Both the position numbers and the translations under genes were made by a program. A model generated the notes under the pieces. That model was not told the DNA's origin. It worked only from the letters and a program-made list of their open reading frames with translations, and did not search any database. From positions 32,001-96,000 of the forward strand of contig JABCTC010000004.1 of the NCBI GenBank assembly GCA_018238545.1: a stretch of 64,000 nucleotides of DNA, written 5' to 3'. Shown in pieces: positions 8,436 through 18,064 of this stretch; the first letter of the stretch is position 1, and each line of letters opens with the position of its first letter. This stretch comes from Candidatus Heimdallarchaeota archaeon. GTDB lineage: Archaea; Asgardarchaeota; Heimdallarchaeia; Heimdallarchaeales; Heimdallarchaeaceae.

Positions 8436-9986
8436 ATGAAATCGAAAAAGGTAAAATTGTTTGTCTTTTCACTCATTTTGATTGTTTCTCCATTATTAGG
8501 AGGGATAAACAATTCCTATGCAGCAGATATACCACCTGCTTATACTCATCTATCATGGCAAAATGATACTCTTACAACCATGACTATGTCATGGAAGACA
8601 TCAGTAGAAACAGGTTCTATTGTTCAGTATGGAATACAAGATGTACTAGAAAATGAAGTCACTGGAGTAGATGCTATTTGGCATGCTGTAGAACTAACAG
8701 ATTTGCAACCTGATACTATTTATAAGTATAGAGTGGGGAATGGGGAATCTTGGAGTAGAGAATTGGTCTTTAAGACTGGCAGTACCGAAAGCGCTCATTT
8801 TATAGCTTGGGGTGATTCCAGAACACTTAGAGATGAAAGAAGGAAAATTGTTGATGCAGTCAGCAGTATAAATTATGATTTCTCAGTTTTTGATGGAGAT
8901 ATGGTTGAAGCAGGTAGAGAAACCGTGCAATGGTATAGATGGTTAAACGATTTTGGGCCTGCTATTCAGAATAATCCATTTATGCCAGTTCTTGGCAACC
9001 ATGAAAAAAACCATTCGAATTACTATAGGGTATTTGCACTTCCTGGAAGAGAAGAATTCTATTCATTCAACTATGGGCCCGTTCACTTCGTTGCACTGCA
9101 CACATGCGTTGAGGATTATGGTGGCTCTCTTGATGAACAAGCAGATTGGTTGAGAGCTGATCTAGAAGCTCACAGTGCCTACCCCTGGAAAATTGTTGTA
9201 CAACACAGACCTCCTTATTCATCCTCAGTAAGATATTACAATAATGACACTGTAGATCTTCTCACTACTTTAGTGCCAATTTACGAAGAATACGGTGTTG
9301 ATATGGTCATCGCTGGTCATGATCATTGGTATGAGAGATTAGAAAGCAATAATGTTTCTTATGTGGTGGCTGGAGCATCAGGTGCGCCATTGTATTCCCT
9401 TATTCCAGCATATTCCATTAACGAATCAATTATCGCTGAATCAGTTTATCATGCGATATATATTGAGACATATGATAATCAACTAGCTTTTCATGCATTT
9501 CGAGGAGATTATACTACAATTGATAAGTTTTACATAAACAAAGTAGCCAAACCTGATTTGCGAGTTGAAAGTCTACCTATCAATTATGATTTCAACAAAA
9601 GTGAGACAAAAGAGATTACAATCACAATCGCAAATGTTGGAGAAGTTAATATCACTGAATCAACAAGTGCTAGGATTGAAACCTACAACAATACTCATTG
9701 GGATATAACCGTTCCAGCTTTGAATGTTGGTGAGATATTCAATTATACGTTTTCATGGACCGCACCAGATTATGGAACATATGCCTGTTCTGTCTTATTA
9801 GATACTGAAAACCAAATTGATGAAGTTGTAGAACTAAACAATAATCAAACATTCTTCTTCATTGCTGTTGAAGAAGTAGATGAATCCTCTTTCCTATTTG
9901 ATGGATTGATGGGATTACTTAGCGTATTCTCAATACTAGTAGTTTTAACTTTAGTAAGTAAGAAATGGAAGAAGAAAAGAACCTAA
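8436..9986 (+). CDS. Secreted purple-acid-phosphatase-family metallophosphoesterase with CARDB-like domain and C-terminal TM anchor
   Basis: Signal peptide; FN3-like HAVELTDLQPDTIYKYRVG; WGD, DGD, GNHE, QHRPPY, GHDH; PDLRV...DTENQIDEVVELNN; TM + KKWKKKR. Confidence 0.85.
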   Translation: MKSKKVKLFVFSLILIVSPLLGGINNSYAADIPPAYTHLSWQNDTLTTMTMSWKTSVETGSIVQYGIQDVLENEVTGVDAIWHAVELTDLQPDTIYKYRVGNGESWSRELVFKTGSTESAHFIAWGDSRTLRDERRKIVDAVSSINYDFSVFDGDMVEAGRETVQWYRWLNDFGPAIQNNPFMPVLGNHEKNHSNYYRVFALPGREEFYSFNYGPVHFVALHTCVEDYGGSLDEQADWLRADLEAHSAYPWKIVVQHRPPYSSSVRYYNNDTVDLLTTLVPIYEEYGVDMVIAGHDHWYERLESNNVSYVVAGASGAPLYSLIPAYSINESIIAESVYHAIYIETYDNQLAFHAFRGDYTTIDKFYINKVAKPDLRVESLPINYDFNKSETKEITITIANVGEVNITESTSARIETYNNTHWDITVPALNVGEIFNYTFSWTAPDYGTYACSVLLDTENQIDEVVELNNNQTFFFIAVEEVDESSFLFDGLMGLLSVFSILVVLTLVSKKWKKKRT

Positions 9987-9996
9987 ATTTTTCCTT

Positions 9997-11646
9997 CTAT
10001 TTTTTCATTTTTCTTTTCCAATCGTTCTTTGATAAGAATAATGTAGAAATAATAAAAATCATGGTAATAGATAGTGTCGATTGTATAGTAAACTCATGAA
10101 TCTCGGGCATTTCATAAACAGTCAAAGTTATTGAATAATTGTTTATTACTTCATCGTCACCATTTTCTACTATTCTAATGGTGTAATTACCTGGTTCTAG
10201 AGTCATGACTATTTTTGAAAACGAATCCACTCCACTATTATCATTCACAGTTATATAAGTAAGATTTTCATAATATAGGAATAGAACAGTATCGCCACTT
10301 GTTCCAGAAGTTTCAATCACGATGTTGTATTCCTCATCTAGATTAAAAGTACAATAATCTACTTCACCAACAGGGAAAATTCTTCTATCAATTGTTGAAT
10401 TAATATCTATGCTTCTAGCATATTTCAGCGAATCATCTTTTTCTAAAGGATCAAAAATATCATTAGAACTCACTATGAAATTATAATAAAGACCAGAGTT
10501 ATCTGATGTTGTCAAAAAATTGTTTGTTGAATTATCATAAGCTGTAAAATAATAAGTGAAATTATCTCCCACTTCAAGAGGTCCAATACAAATTCCATAA
10601 TATACAAACACATCATGAATCATGTCGATAGTTTTCCAAGAATCGTCATTCAGTTTATAGTGTAACTGAACAGAATCAATACCTGAAGCATCAGTAGCAG
10701 AAATAGATAAAATAATTTCAGAGGAACTGGATGTAGATGGGAAGGGAGCACTTACAACTATTTCAGGACCTTCGGAATCGATACCATAATCACTTGTACC
10801 TAATGTGAGTAATGTATAATTGAGAACTACTTCATTGTCTCCCCATTCCCATATTTTTATGTAATAAGTACCAGGATCCAAATTGGTTAGAATAATCTTA
10901 GAAAATTGATTGATACCGCCATCATCATTCCTTGTAATCTCAGAAGTACCTTCATTATCAGGATCAGTAAAGAGAGACATAACGGTATCTCCACTTGTAC
11001 CAGAAGTTTCCAAAGTGATGTTATATTCAAGTAGAATTGTAAAAGTAAAATAATCAACATCACCAACAGGGTACAAACTTCTTTCATAATTATAATTGAG
11101 AACTATGGAGAAACTATCATGTGGTGTTTCATCAAAGTAAGGGTCAACAATAAGTGTAGCTGATAAAGTTAAATTGTAATTATCTATTTCATCATCATTA
11201 CCAAATTCGTCAATTTTGATAAAATAATGACCTGCTTTGAAGATTCCAAAAGAGAGTTTTGAAAATTTATTGATTCCTCCATCATCATCAAAAGCTACTT
11301 GATTATGGTTGTAATCAAAAATCCATAACCTTGTATCTCCAGAAACACCTGTTGTTTCGATTTCTATACTGTAAAAACTGTCTAGAGTAAAAAGAACATA
11401 ATCAACATCATCAACTGATGAGATGCTTCTCTCTTGAAGAGAATTTAATGTAATATTTTTTGCAGAGGCAAAATCATTATCAGTTTCATAAATATCAGGT
11501 GTTGCCATAATTTCATGAGTTGTATCATTATTACTTGTAAATGAAGATGTTAGTGTTGATTGAAATGAGGTTGTAGATATTGCATATAGCAAAAATAATG
11601 TAAGAATAATAATACGCAGTTCTTTTTTTCTAATCATAGTTATCAC
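9997..11646 (-). CDS. Cell-surface protein with three PPC-like (pre-peptidase C-terminal) repeats and C-terminal TM
   Basis: Three repeats of ...DVDY/EVDY..F....ETSGTSGDT..L...DDGGIN.FSK...PG.Y.I.I.E.G.DE; signal peptide; TM + basic tail. No catalytic domain seen. Confidence 0.7.
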   Translation of the reverse strand: MITMIRKKELRIIILTLFLLYAISTTSFQSTLTSSFTSNNDTTHEIMATPDIYETDNDFASAKNITLNSLQERSISSVDDVDYVLFTLDSFYSIEIETTGVSGDTRLWIFDYNHNQVAFDDDGGINKFSKLSFGIFKAGHYFIKIDEFGNDDEIDNYNLTLSATLIVDPYFDETPHDSFSIVLNYNYERSLYPVGDVDYFTFTILLEYNITLETSGTSGDTVMSLFTDPDNEGTSEITRNDDGGINQFSKIILTNLDPGTYYIKIWEWGDNEVVLNYTLLTLGTSDYGIDSEGPEIVVSAPFPSTSSSSEIILSISATDASGIDSVQLHYKLNDDSWKTIDMIHDVFVYYGICIGPLEVGDNFTYYFTAYDNSTNNFLTTSDNSGLYYNFIVSSNDIFDPLEKDDSLKYARSIDINSTIDRRIFPVGEVDYCTFNLDEEYNIVIETSGTSGDTVLFLYYENLTYITVNDNSGVDSFSKIVMTLEPGNYTIRIVENGDDEVINNYSITLTVYEMPEIHEFTIQSTLSITMIFIISTLFLSKNDWKRKMKK

Positions 11647-11758
11647 CTAATACAATAAAACAACAGTCTTTACAATCTTTTTAACTTTCTCATAAAAATT
11701 GAGAAAAAGGGCGGAAAATTTACCTTGTTGTGAAGGTCTTCTTCTTGTTAGGAGATAT

Positions 11759-11881
11759 ATCTAATAAGAGAGGGGGTTTAAATGTAAAATGTAAGGCGAG
11801 TATGGTGTTTACATAATTGACGTCATGTAATTGTATTTCGGTGTCTTACTTCATGGATCTATGAGGGGGACCTTATTAGAT
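11759..11881. repeat. Nested inverted-repeat (hairpin-forming) intergenic element
   Basis: ATCTAATAAG (11759-11768) / CTTATTAGAT (11872-11881) is a perfect pair. Inner pairs: GTAAGGC (11791-11797) / GTCTTAC (11843-11849) and TTACAT (11809-11814) / ATGTAA (11825-11830). Confidence 0.5.
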
Positions 11882-11927
11882 GAAAGCCTTGTAAAACATC
11901 GTTCAGCTAAAGTTATAAAACACGTAT

Positions 11928-12341
11928 GTGTTCAACATTTGGAGAGTTATTATGGAACGACCAAAGTTGATTGATAACAAAGTTGACAAGCTAATTACAT
12001 TCATCTACTATAGAGATTTACAGAAAGGGATCGACTTCTATGAAAACTTCTTAGGGTTTACAATGGAGATAGATCAAGGGTTTTGCAAGATATACAGAAT
12101 CTCTGAAGCAGGATACATCGGTATTGTTGATGAGAAGAAAGGTATGCATAAATGGAATGAAACCAAACCAGTTCAGATATGTCTTCGAGTACCAGATGTT
12201 CAAGCATTCTATGATTACTGCAAAGAAGCTAAAGTTGACAACCTCTCCAAAATGTTCGTTAACCATGAAATAAAAATTAAAGCTTTCGTCTTTAATGACC
12301 CAGAAGGTTATCAGATTGAAATACAAGAAGCAATAGATTAA
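11928..12341 (+). CDS. VOC/glyoxalase family protein (probable start ATG 11952)
   Basis: DLQKGIDFYENFLGF, CLRVPDV, FNDPEGYQIEI. Confidence 0.85.
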   Translation: MFNIWRVIMERPKLIDNKVDKLITFIYYRDLQKGIDFYENFLGFTMEIDQGFCKIYRISEAGYIGIVDEKKGMHKWNETKPVQICLRVPDVQAFYDYCKEAKVDNLSKMFVNHEIKIKAFVFNDPEGYQIEIQEAID

Positions 12342-12352
12342 CTAGAGATTGC

Positions 12353-12826
12353 TCAATCTTCACATTCTTCTATTATACTTCGCATACTTTTTATGAATAA
12401 ATCAAATTCGCCCTCTTGATATACAGGGGGTTCTATTCGACTATAATCTATAGGTTTTCCTGGAAAGGGATCATCGGGATATCGCGGGAACAAATGCATA
12501 TGCATATGAGGTATAGTATTACCATGGAGTTCATAATTTATTTTGGTTGCTTTCGTTACATCTTTCAGTGCTTTAGCACATAATTGTGCTTCCTTCATGT
12601 ACGATAACAACGTGCTTTCATCTAATTCAAGTAATTCCACTGCGTGTGGTTTTAGTAACAAATAACAGGTTCCCTTTAAACACACTCTTGGATGAGCACC
12701 TAACCAGGAAGTAGGGAATTCTTTAATTTCAACATCATCTTCAGGGGCTGGGGAGTTGTTACAAACTGGACAGTTTTCTTTCTCTGAATATAGCAACCAT
12801 CGTTCATACTTTGTGTGAAAACTCAT
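12353..12826 (-). CDS. HIT family hydrolase
   Basis: CPVC, GNTIPHMHMHLFPRY (HxHxH). Confidence 0.9.
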   Translation of the reverse strand: MSFHTKYERWLLYSEKENCPVCNNSPAPEDDVEIKEFPTSWLGAHPRVCLKGTCYLLLKPHAVELLELDESTLLSYMKEAQLCAKALKDVTKATKINYELHGNTIPHMHMHLFPRYPDDPFPGKPIDYSRIEPPVYQEGEFDLFIKSMRSIIEECED

Positions 12827-13077
12827 AGGGATATCACTATAATTCGAAAAGAACTGATGAATATGAAGTTTCTACTACAGTGATTGAACTGACTGTTAAT
12901 TACTAATAAGAACTGAAATCGTTGAATTTAAATAGAAAGTAAAAGGTTTTAGCTTAGTGCAATATAGGAAAACAATCTAAAACAAAATGTGAAGATTGAT
13001 AGGAATTCTTTTTTCAGTTTGGAATTGGTCTTTCTAATTAACTATCCTACAAAATACTGTACTAAAAGGTGTTACAC

Positions 13078-14033
13078 ATGTCAAAAAATAGCACAGGAAG
13101 AAGCTCTCCAAATTTCAAACCAACAAGAAAATCAACTAAAAATAAAAAAACTAAAACACAAGCTAATTTTAAATCGAGAGAAAAACCCAAATATAGATCT
13201 GGAGCTAAACCAAATAATCGTTCTAGAGATAGAGGAGAGAGTCCTTCAAAAAGGCGATTTCCTAGTCGTTCTAAGGGGGGCAAATCAGATTATCGATCGT
13301 CTAGCAGGTCTGGCAGATATGACGATAGAAAAAGAGGGTCAGACAAAGAACCTATAGAGTTTCACGCAGCAGTCTGTGCAAAATGTAAGAAAGAAACCCA
13401 AGTACCGTTCAAACCGACAGGTGTTAAACCAGTTTTTTGTAGAGAATGTTATCAAATTGAAAAACCAAAAACTGATTCTACGGGAGCTAGAAGATTTCCT
13501 AGTCGTTCAATGGGGGGTAGAACAAATGTTCGATCATCTGGTAGATCATCCAGTAGGTCATCCGGCAGATATGACGATAGAAGCAGAAGACAATCAGATA
13601 GGGGCACGACAGAATCTCACACAGTAATTTGTGCAAAATGCAAGAAAGAAACAACCGTTCCTTTCAAACCAACAGGAGTTAGACCTGTACTATGTAGAGA
13701 GTGTTTCCAAGAACAAAAACAGCAAGACGGATTTAAAACTGATAGAACAAAAAAAAATTCAATGATACTAGAAGACGATCAGCGAGCACTAGAACTGTTA
13801 GACCAACAGAAGAGAGATTAGCTGCAAAACCATCAGAAGATTCTTTTGAAGAAAAAGATGATGAGGTTGTAGAAAGATTTAGTGATAGAAAAGGTCCATA
13901 CAGAGCAAGCAAAGGGATGCATCAAACTAACTGTAGGGTATGTAAAAAGGAGATAATTATTCCTTTCAAGCCATCACCTAATAAACCGATTTATTGCCCA
14001 GATTGTTATCAAGAAAAAGGAAAAAAGGAATAG
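13078..14033 (+). CDS. CxxC-x17-CxxC zinc-ribbon repeat protein with R/S/G-rich linkers, interrupted by a -1 frameshift at A9 (13749-13757)
   Basis: Two CAKCKKET.VPFKPTGV.PV.CREC domains in the frame ending at 13821. A third, CRVCKKEIIIPFKPSPNKPIYCPDCY, lies in the -1 frame ending at TAG 14033. ATG 13078 follows AGGTG. Confidence 0.8.
13256..13710 (+). repeat. Intragenic ~240-bp tandem duplication
   Basis: GATTTCCTAGTCGTTC at 13256 and 13493; GGCAGATATGACGATAGAA at 13312 and 13564. Confidence 0.8.
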
Positions 14034-14041
14034 ATTCAAAT

Positions 14042-14060
14042 AAGAGTGAAACTCACTTTT
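14042..14060. terminator. Short hairpin/T-tract between convergent genes
   Basis: AAGAGTGA-AAC-TCACTTTT followed by a T-rich tract, 9 nt after the TAG at 14033. Confidence 0.35.
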
Positions 14061-14065
14061 CTATT

Positions 14066-14447
14066 TTAATTACATCCATTTTCAGGTGAGTTCCGTCTAA
14101 CAATATTGTATAGAACTGTTCCAATCCCTAAAAGGATAGCAATTCCAAACTTCAAGTAGAAATTTGGAATAAAAACTATAAGTGATAATAATGCACCTAA
14201 TCCTGCTCCAAGTGAAAAACGCATGAAAGCTTTCACTCATTTATTCTTTGGTTTGATTAGAAGTTGTAGGAGAGCTATTAATACTCCAAAAGAGGTAATT
14301 AACGCTAATACTAGGGGGTTGTTTTTGAAAAATTCGAATAAACTAAAAACGAAAATATTTGCAATTATTATCCCAATGAACACACTCGTACATCCAACAC
14401 ATAAATAAAATGAACCAATTTTGAAAACATGGTTTTTACATTCTTCT
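14066..14447 (-). pseudogene. 5'-truncated, nonsense-containing copy of the 17587-18057 membrane-protein gene
   Basis: EECKNHVFKIGSFYLCVGCTSV...KPKNK*VKAFMRFSLG...GIGTVLYNIVRRNSPENGCN aligns to the paralog. TGA at 14237-14239 replaces Trp, and homology ends abruptly at ~14447. Confidence 0.85.
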
Positions 14448-14555
14448 ATTGTGAAAGCCTTTATTCGCAGAGTGTTTAGAATTTCAATATAATTATCCCA
14501 CATCATTGTAATAAGAAATTGGTTTAATAATGATTTTTCTCTTTCTATCCACAAA

Positions 14556-15932
14556 TTAGACTATCTTTAGATCTTTTCTTTGATACTTCATTGCATAACA
14601 GCTTGTAGCAAAGATATAACTAGGATAAAAGCACAATTTAATAGAATATGCAGACTTGGAAAAAATAGAAGAAAAACTTGCATTTCTAGGGAACATTGCA
14701 AAATAAAGAGACCTATTGCTTGGACTATCTGGACCAGAGCTAGGAAGAGTTTCTGCCCAAAGAAGGTAAACTCTGTCACTATTTACTCCTAATTGGAAAG
14801 GTATAGTTATTATTGAAGAATGATTGTACGCTACTTTTGTTAAAGTTAATTTCCCCTCTGTATATAAACCTAAAAAGCAGTTACTCTGATTGTAAATTTC
14901 TTTCATAAATAGAGATATTGATCCATTATCCCAATGATACATACATCTATCAAAAAGATTGAAAGCATGAGGTAATGAAAGAAGAGAAAGAACATTCAAA
15001 TTATTATTAAGCAAACTAGCAGAATATAAGGTTGTGTGAGTGTAAGACTCAAGGGAATAAGGAACATAATTTAGTCCGTAAAAATACATTGCAAAATTAC
15101 TGTTTTTTTCATCAAAACCACAAACAAATAAATCTTGCTCAGGGAAGCTTATAGTAAAATTTAACCAACTACTTGTTTCATTTCTTATAGATAAATTTAA
15201 CTCAATAAGATCAGTTGACTCATTATAAAAACTCCAGCAAATTAATGGTTTATCTTGATAAAGATAGAAATAAGCTCTTCCTAAATTTTGTAGATTTCCA
15301 GAAAAAGTTATTGTTTCTAGATTCCAGTTATCTTCAACTAGTTCTAAGATGTAAAAAGTGTAATTGCTTCTTGTTCCCCAACCATCATATAAATCACTAA
15401 AACATACTAATACAGAGTTAGAAGAATTAGCTTGAACACCAATAACTCTTGAAAAAGTATCAGACAGAGTATTATCGAGAAAAGTAGGTGCAGGAAACCA
15501 ATTTTCAAAATCTTCAGTATATTGCCCTACAACCTTAGGAAAAAATAAACCATTTTGCCCATTTGCAAATAGATAATTTTTTCCTTTTGTAGTAGTTATA
15601 CCTCGTATACCTGAGAAACCTGAAACCCCCCCTCTTTCATTGTTCTTCCTAGTATCTATATTTTTTGAAAAAGATAACTGATTTGTACTTTCTGTAATAA
15701 TTGACCAACTAAGTAGTTCACAGTCATTAGTGAAGAAGCTATAAAGTAGATTGATTTTAGTATTGTTTTCAAAAAAAAACGAACCAGTTCTACCATTATC
15801 AAAACATATGAGAAAAGAATCATCGCTTTCATCGGTATTAGTTGCTATGAAAAAACTAACAACCATGATACTGATAATAATAATTAAGGAAGAAACTATT
15901 TTTATTATTTTTTCTTTATTTATTTCAATCAT
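14556..15932 (-). CDS. Hypothetical N-terminally anchored/exported protein
   Basis: 458 aa; N-terminal hydrophobic helix; N/S/F-rich; no recognisable motif. Confidence 0.65.
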   Translation of the reverse strand: MIEINKEKIIKIVSSLIIIISIMVVSFFIATNTDESDDSFLICFDNGRTGSFFFENNTKINLLYSFFTNDCELLSWSIITESTNQLSFSKNIDTRKNNERGGVSGFSGIRGITTTKGKNYLFANGQNGLFFPKVVGQYTEDFENWFPAPTFLDNTLSDTFSRVIGVQANSSNSVLVCFSDLYDGWGTRSNYTFYILELVEDNWNLETITFSGNLQNLGRAYFYLYQDKPLICWSFYNESTDLIELNLSIRNETSSWLNFTISFPEQDLFVCGFDEKNSNFAMYFYGLNYVPYSLESYTHTTLYSASLLNNNLNVLSLLSLPHAFNLFDRCMYHWDNGSISLFMKEIYNQSNCFLGLYTEGKLTLTKVAYNHSSIITIPFQLGVNSDRVYLLWAETLPSSGPDSPSNRSLYFAMFPRNASFSSIFSKSAYSIKLCFYPSYIFATSCYAMKYQRKDLKIV

Positions 15933-16106
15933 CTCTTTATTGATTCACATATCTGCGTATAAACTATTAAACTTACATTACATTATTAAGACTATCACAG
16001 TCTATTATTTGTGTCTGTTACAAAAACTAAATATGATAGTTTCTTTGAAATCTATTAATAAAGTCATAGTTGATTTGCCCTAAATAAGGTAATATTTGTA
16101 GAATTA

Positions 16107-17462
16107 TTACCTAAATAAATGCCCACCACCACCTCCTCCTCCTGAAGGTGGTGCATAATAGTCATAAGCCCAGTTGCAGTAATCAAAGAAGTCTACACAA
16201 CCCCAACCTACTTGGTGATACCAGTATTTATCATTACCAATACCAGGTTCTTTCGTCTGATCACCCATTAAGTAATAGCCTTCAGAATACTGAGAAAAAA
16301 GGTAGTAAATCTCAGATGGAAGCACAGTGTTACTAGAGTATCTATAGTATTGAATTTTATATATAAAAAAGACAACCACAGCGACAATGGGGGTTGCCAG
16401 GCTTGTACCTGTACCAACAAAATAATCTAAATCGTTATCATCATCTAAATCAAAGAAAACTTCTATTGAATCTCCTGGTGCAACTACTGTTGGGGAAGAT
16501 TCACGCGGTGATGGATTAGAATCATCAGATCTCCAAAAGCAACTTGCACAAGTTGAACCTCTGGCTAGTGTCATTCTATAACTACTCCAGTCTCCTTGAG
16601 CTATAATCCCTCCTACACTATAAGAATTATAATAAGCTGCTGGATATATTTGTTGTTCAGAATTTATATCATCTTGATATTCATTTCCAGAAGCTGATAT
16701 GAAAGTCATGTAGTAGGGTGCTAAACTTAGCTCATTTATCTTCTGATTTATGTTTGAATTGAATATATTTCCCCCAATTGACATCGATACAACTTTGACT
16801 TTGATTCCTTGACCCCAAAGCCAATCTAGTTCTAAAAGAGCATCGTATACCTTATTTGAATCTATTACTCCTCCAGCTGATGCGACTTGAAAAACAAGTA
16901 ATTCAGAATTTGTTCCTTCTAATAAGCTTCCAATCAAACTGCATATAGCAGAACCATGCTTAATATAGTGACCACTAAGACTAAATTGTGTATAATCATG
17001 ACCATGAAACGATTCAAAAAAGGTCCATTCAGTATTTTGATTTGTCTCATGTTTGAAAAATCTTACATTCACCCCTGGATATCTATCCTCAATTTCAGAC
17101 CAAGTTTTGTGATCTAGTCCTGTATCAAACACTGCAATGCGATATCCACTACTATCATCAGAGATTGCAGAAAAAAGTTGAGGATTATTCCTTAAATCAT
17201 CTAATCTAACCCAATTCATTATTTCTTCGTTAGATCCACTACCTCCTATACTTGTTATATCAAACAATGAATCTACTCTCTGCTGTTTGTATAAATCAAT
17301 AATTATACCCGCAGAGATACTATTTCCAAAAACAAAAATAAGCAATATTGCTAAAAAAGATATTTTACTATTCAACAACTCACATCCTCTAGAGTAATAT
17401 TTATCATTATAATATAATAATATTTTGTATATTTTGTATAACTCTTGAAGCTCTAAACTCAA
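16107..17462 (-). CDS. S8 subtilisin-like serine peptidase (probable start TTG ~17375, signal peptide)
   Basis: IAVFDTG (Asp), HGSAICSLI (His), SASGNE (oxyanion Asn), VAPG, GTSLATP (Ser), GWG; C-terminal PPSGGGGGGG. Confidence 0.85.
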   Translation of the reverse strand: MSLELQELYKIYKILLYYNDKYYSRGCELLNSKISFLAILLIFVFGNSISAGIIIDLYKQQRVDSLFDITSIGGSGSNEEIMNWVRLDDLRNNPQLFSAISDDSSGYRIAVFDTGLDHKTWSEIEDRYPGVNVRFFKHETNQNTEWTFFESFHGHDYTQFSLSGHYIKHGSAICSLIGSLLEGTNSELLVFQVASAGGVIDSNKVYDALLELDWLWGQGIKVKVVSMSIGGNIFNSNINQKINELSLAPYYMTFISASGNEYQDDINSEQQIYPAAYYNSYSVGGIIAQGDWSSYRMTLARGSTCASCFWRSDDSNPSPRESSPTVVAPGDSIEVFFDLDDDNDLDYFVGTGTSLATPIVAVVVFFIYKIQYYRYSSNTVLPSEIYYLFSQYSEGYYLMGDQTKEPGIGNDKYWYHQVGWGCVDFFDYCNWAYDYYAPPSGGGGGGGHLFR

Positions 17463-17586
17463 TATAGATTAGCTTCTCTCCTATGAAAGATGGTTTTGGT
17501 TGGCTGAATCACATATCTTTCACTAAGGATTGGAGTCTCAAATAGCTCAATCCGTTAATAATAAAAATATTTCTTAGTTTTCGAAT

Positions 17587-18057
17587 TTAATTGCAATAAT
17601 TTTCAGATGAATTCCTTCTAACAACATTGTAGAGAACTGTTCCAATTCCTAAAAGAATAAAAAGTCCATATTTCAGATACCAATTTGGAATGAAAATAAT
17701 AATTGCCAGAAGTGCTCCCATTCCAACTCCTAAAGTAAAACGCATGAGAGCTTTATTCCATTTATTCCTTGGTTTGATTACTAACTGAAGTAGTGCAATA
17801 GAAACTCCAAATGAAGTGACCAAAGCCAAAATAAGAGGGTAAGCTCTGAAAGTATCTAAGAAGCTAAACAAGAATATACTGAAAAAAATGATGCCTAAGA
17901 ATACGCTAGTGCATCCAACGCACAAATAAAATGGTCCAATTTTGAAAACATGGTTCTTACATTCTTCACTAATTTCATGATGTGCCAAATAAAGATCTGA
18001 GAAATTCTTCAATCTTTCTTTGATTGGTAATTTCTCTTCCCCTTTCTCAGCATCCAT
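17587..18057 (-). CDS. DUF2085-like membrane protein (HH...CxxC)
   Basis: LAHH...HVFKIGPFYLCVGC followed by about four TM helices. Confidence 0.6.
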   Translation of the reverse strand: MDAEKGEEKLPIKERLKNFSDLYLAHHEISEECKNHVFKIGPFYLCVGCTSVFLGIIFFSIFLFSFLDTFRAYPLILALVTSFGVSIALLQLVIKPRNKWNKALMRFTLGVGMGALLAIIIFIPNWYLKYGLFILLGIGTVLYNVVRRNSSENYCN

Positions 18058-18064
18058 CTAAAAT

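Noticed and set aside
12989-13627. Overlapping ORFs 12989..13357, 13062..13283 and 13376..13627
   Set aside because: They are alternative-frame by-products of the low-complexity zinc-ribbon gene.
14237-14239. In-frame TGA as selenocysteine or a reassigned Trp codon
   Set aside because: It aligns to Trp, not Cys, in the paralog. The copy is also 5'-truncated, and TGA ends intact genes here (e.g. pccB, asnS).
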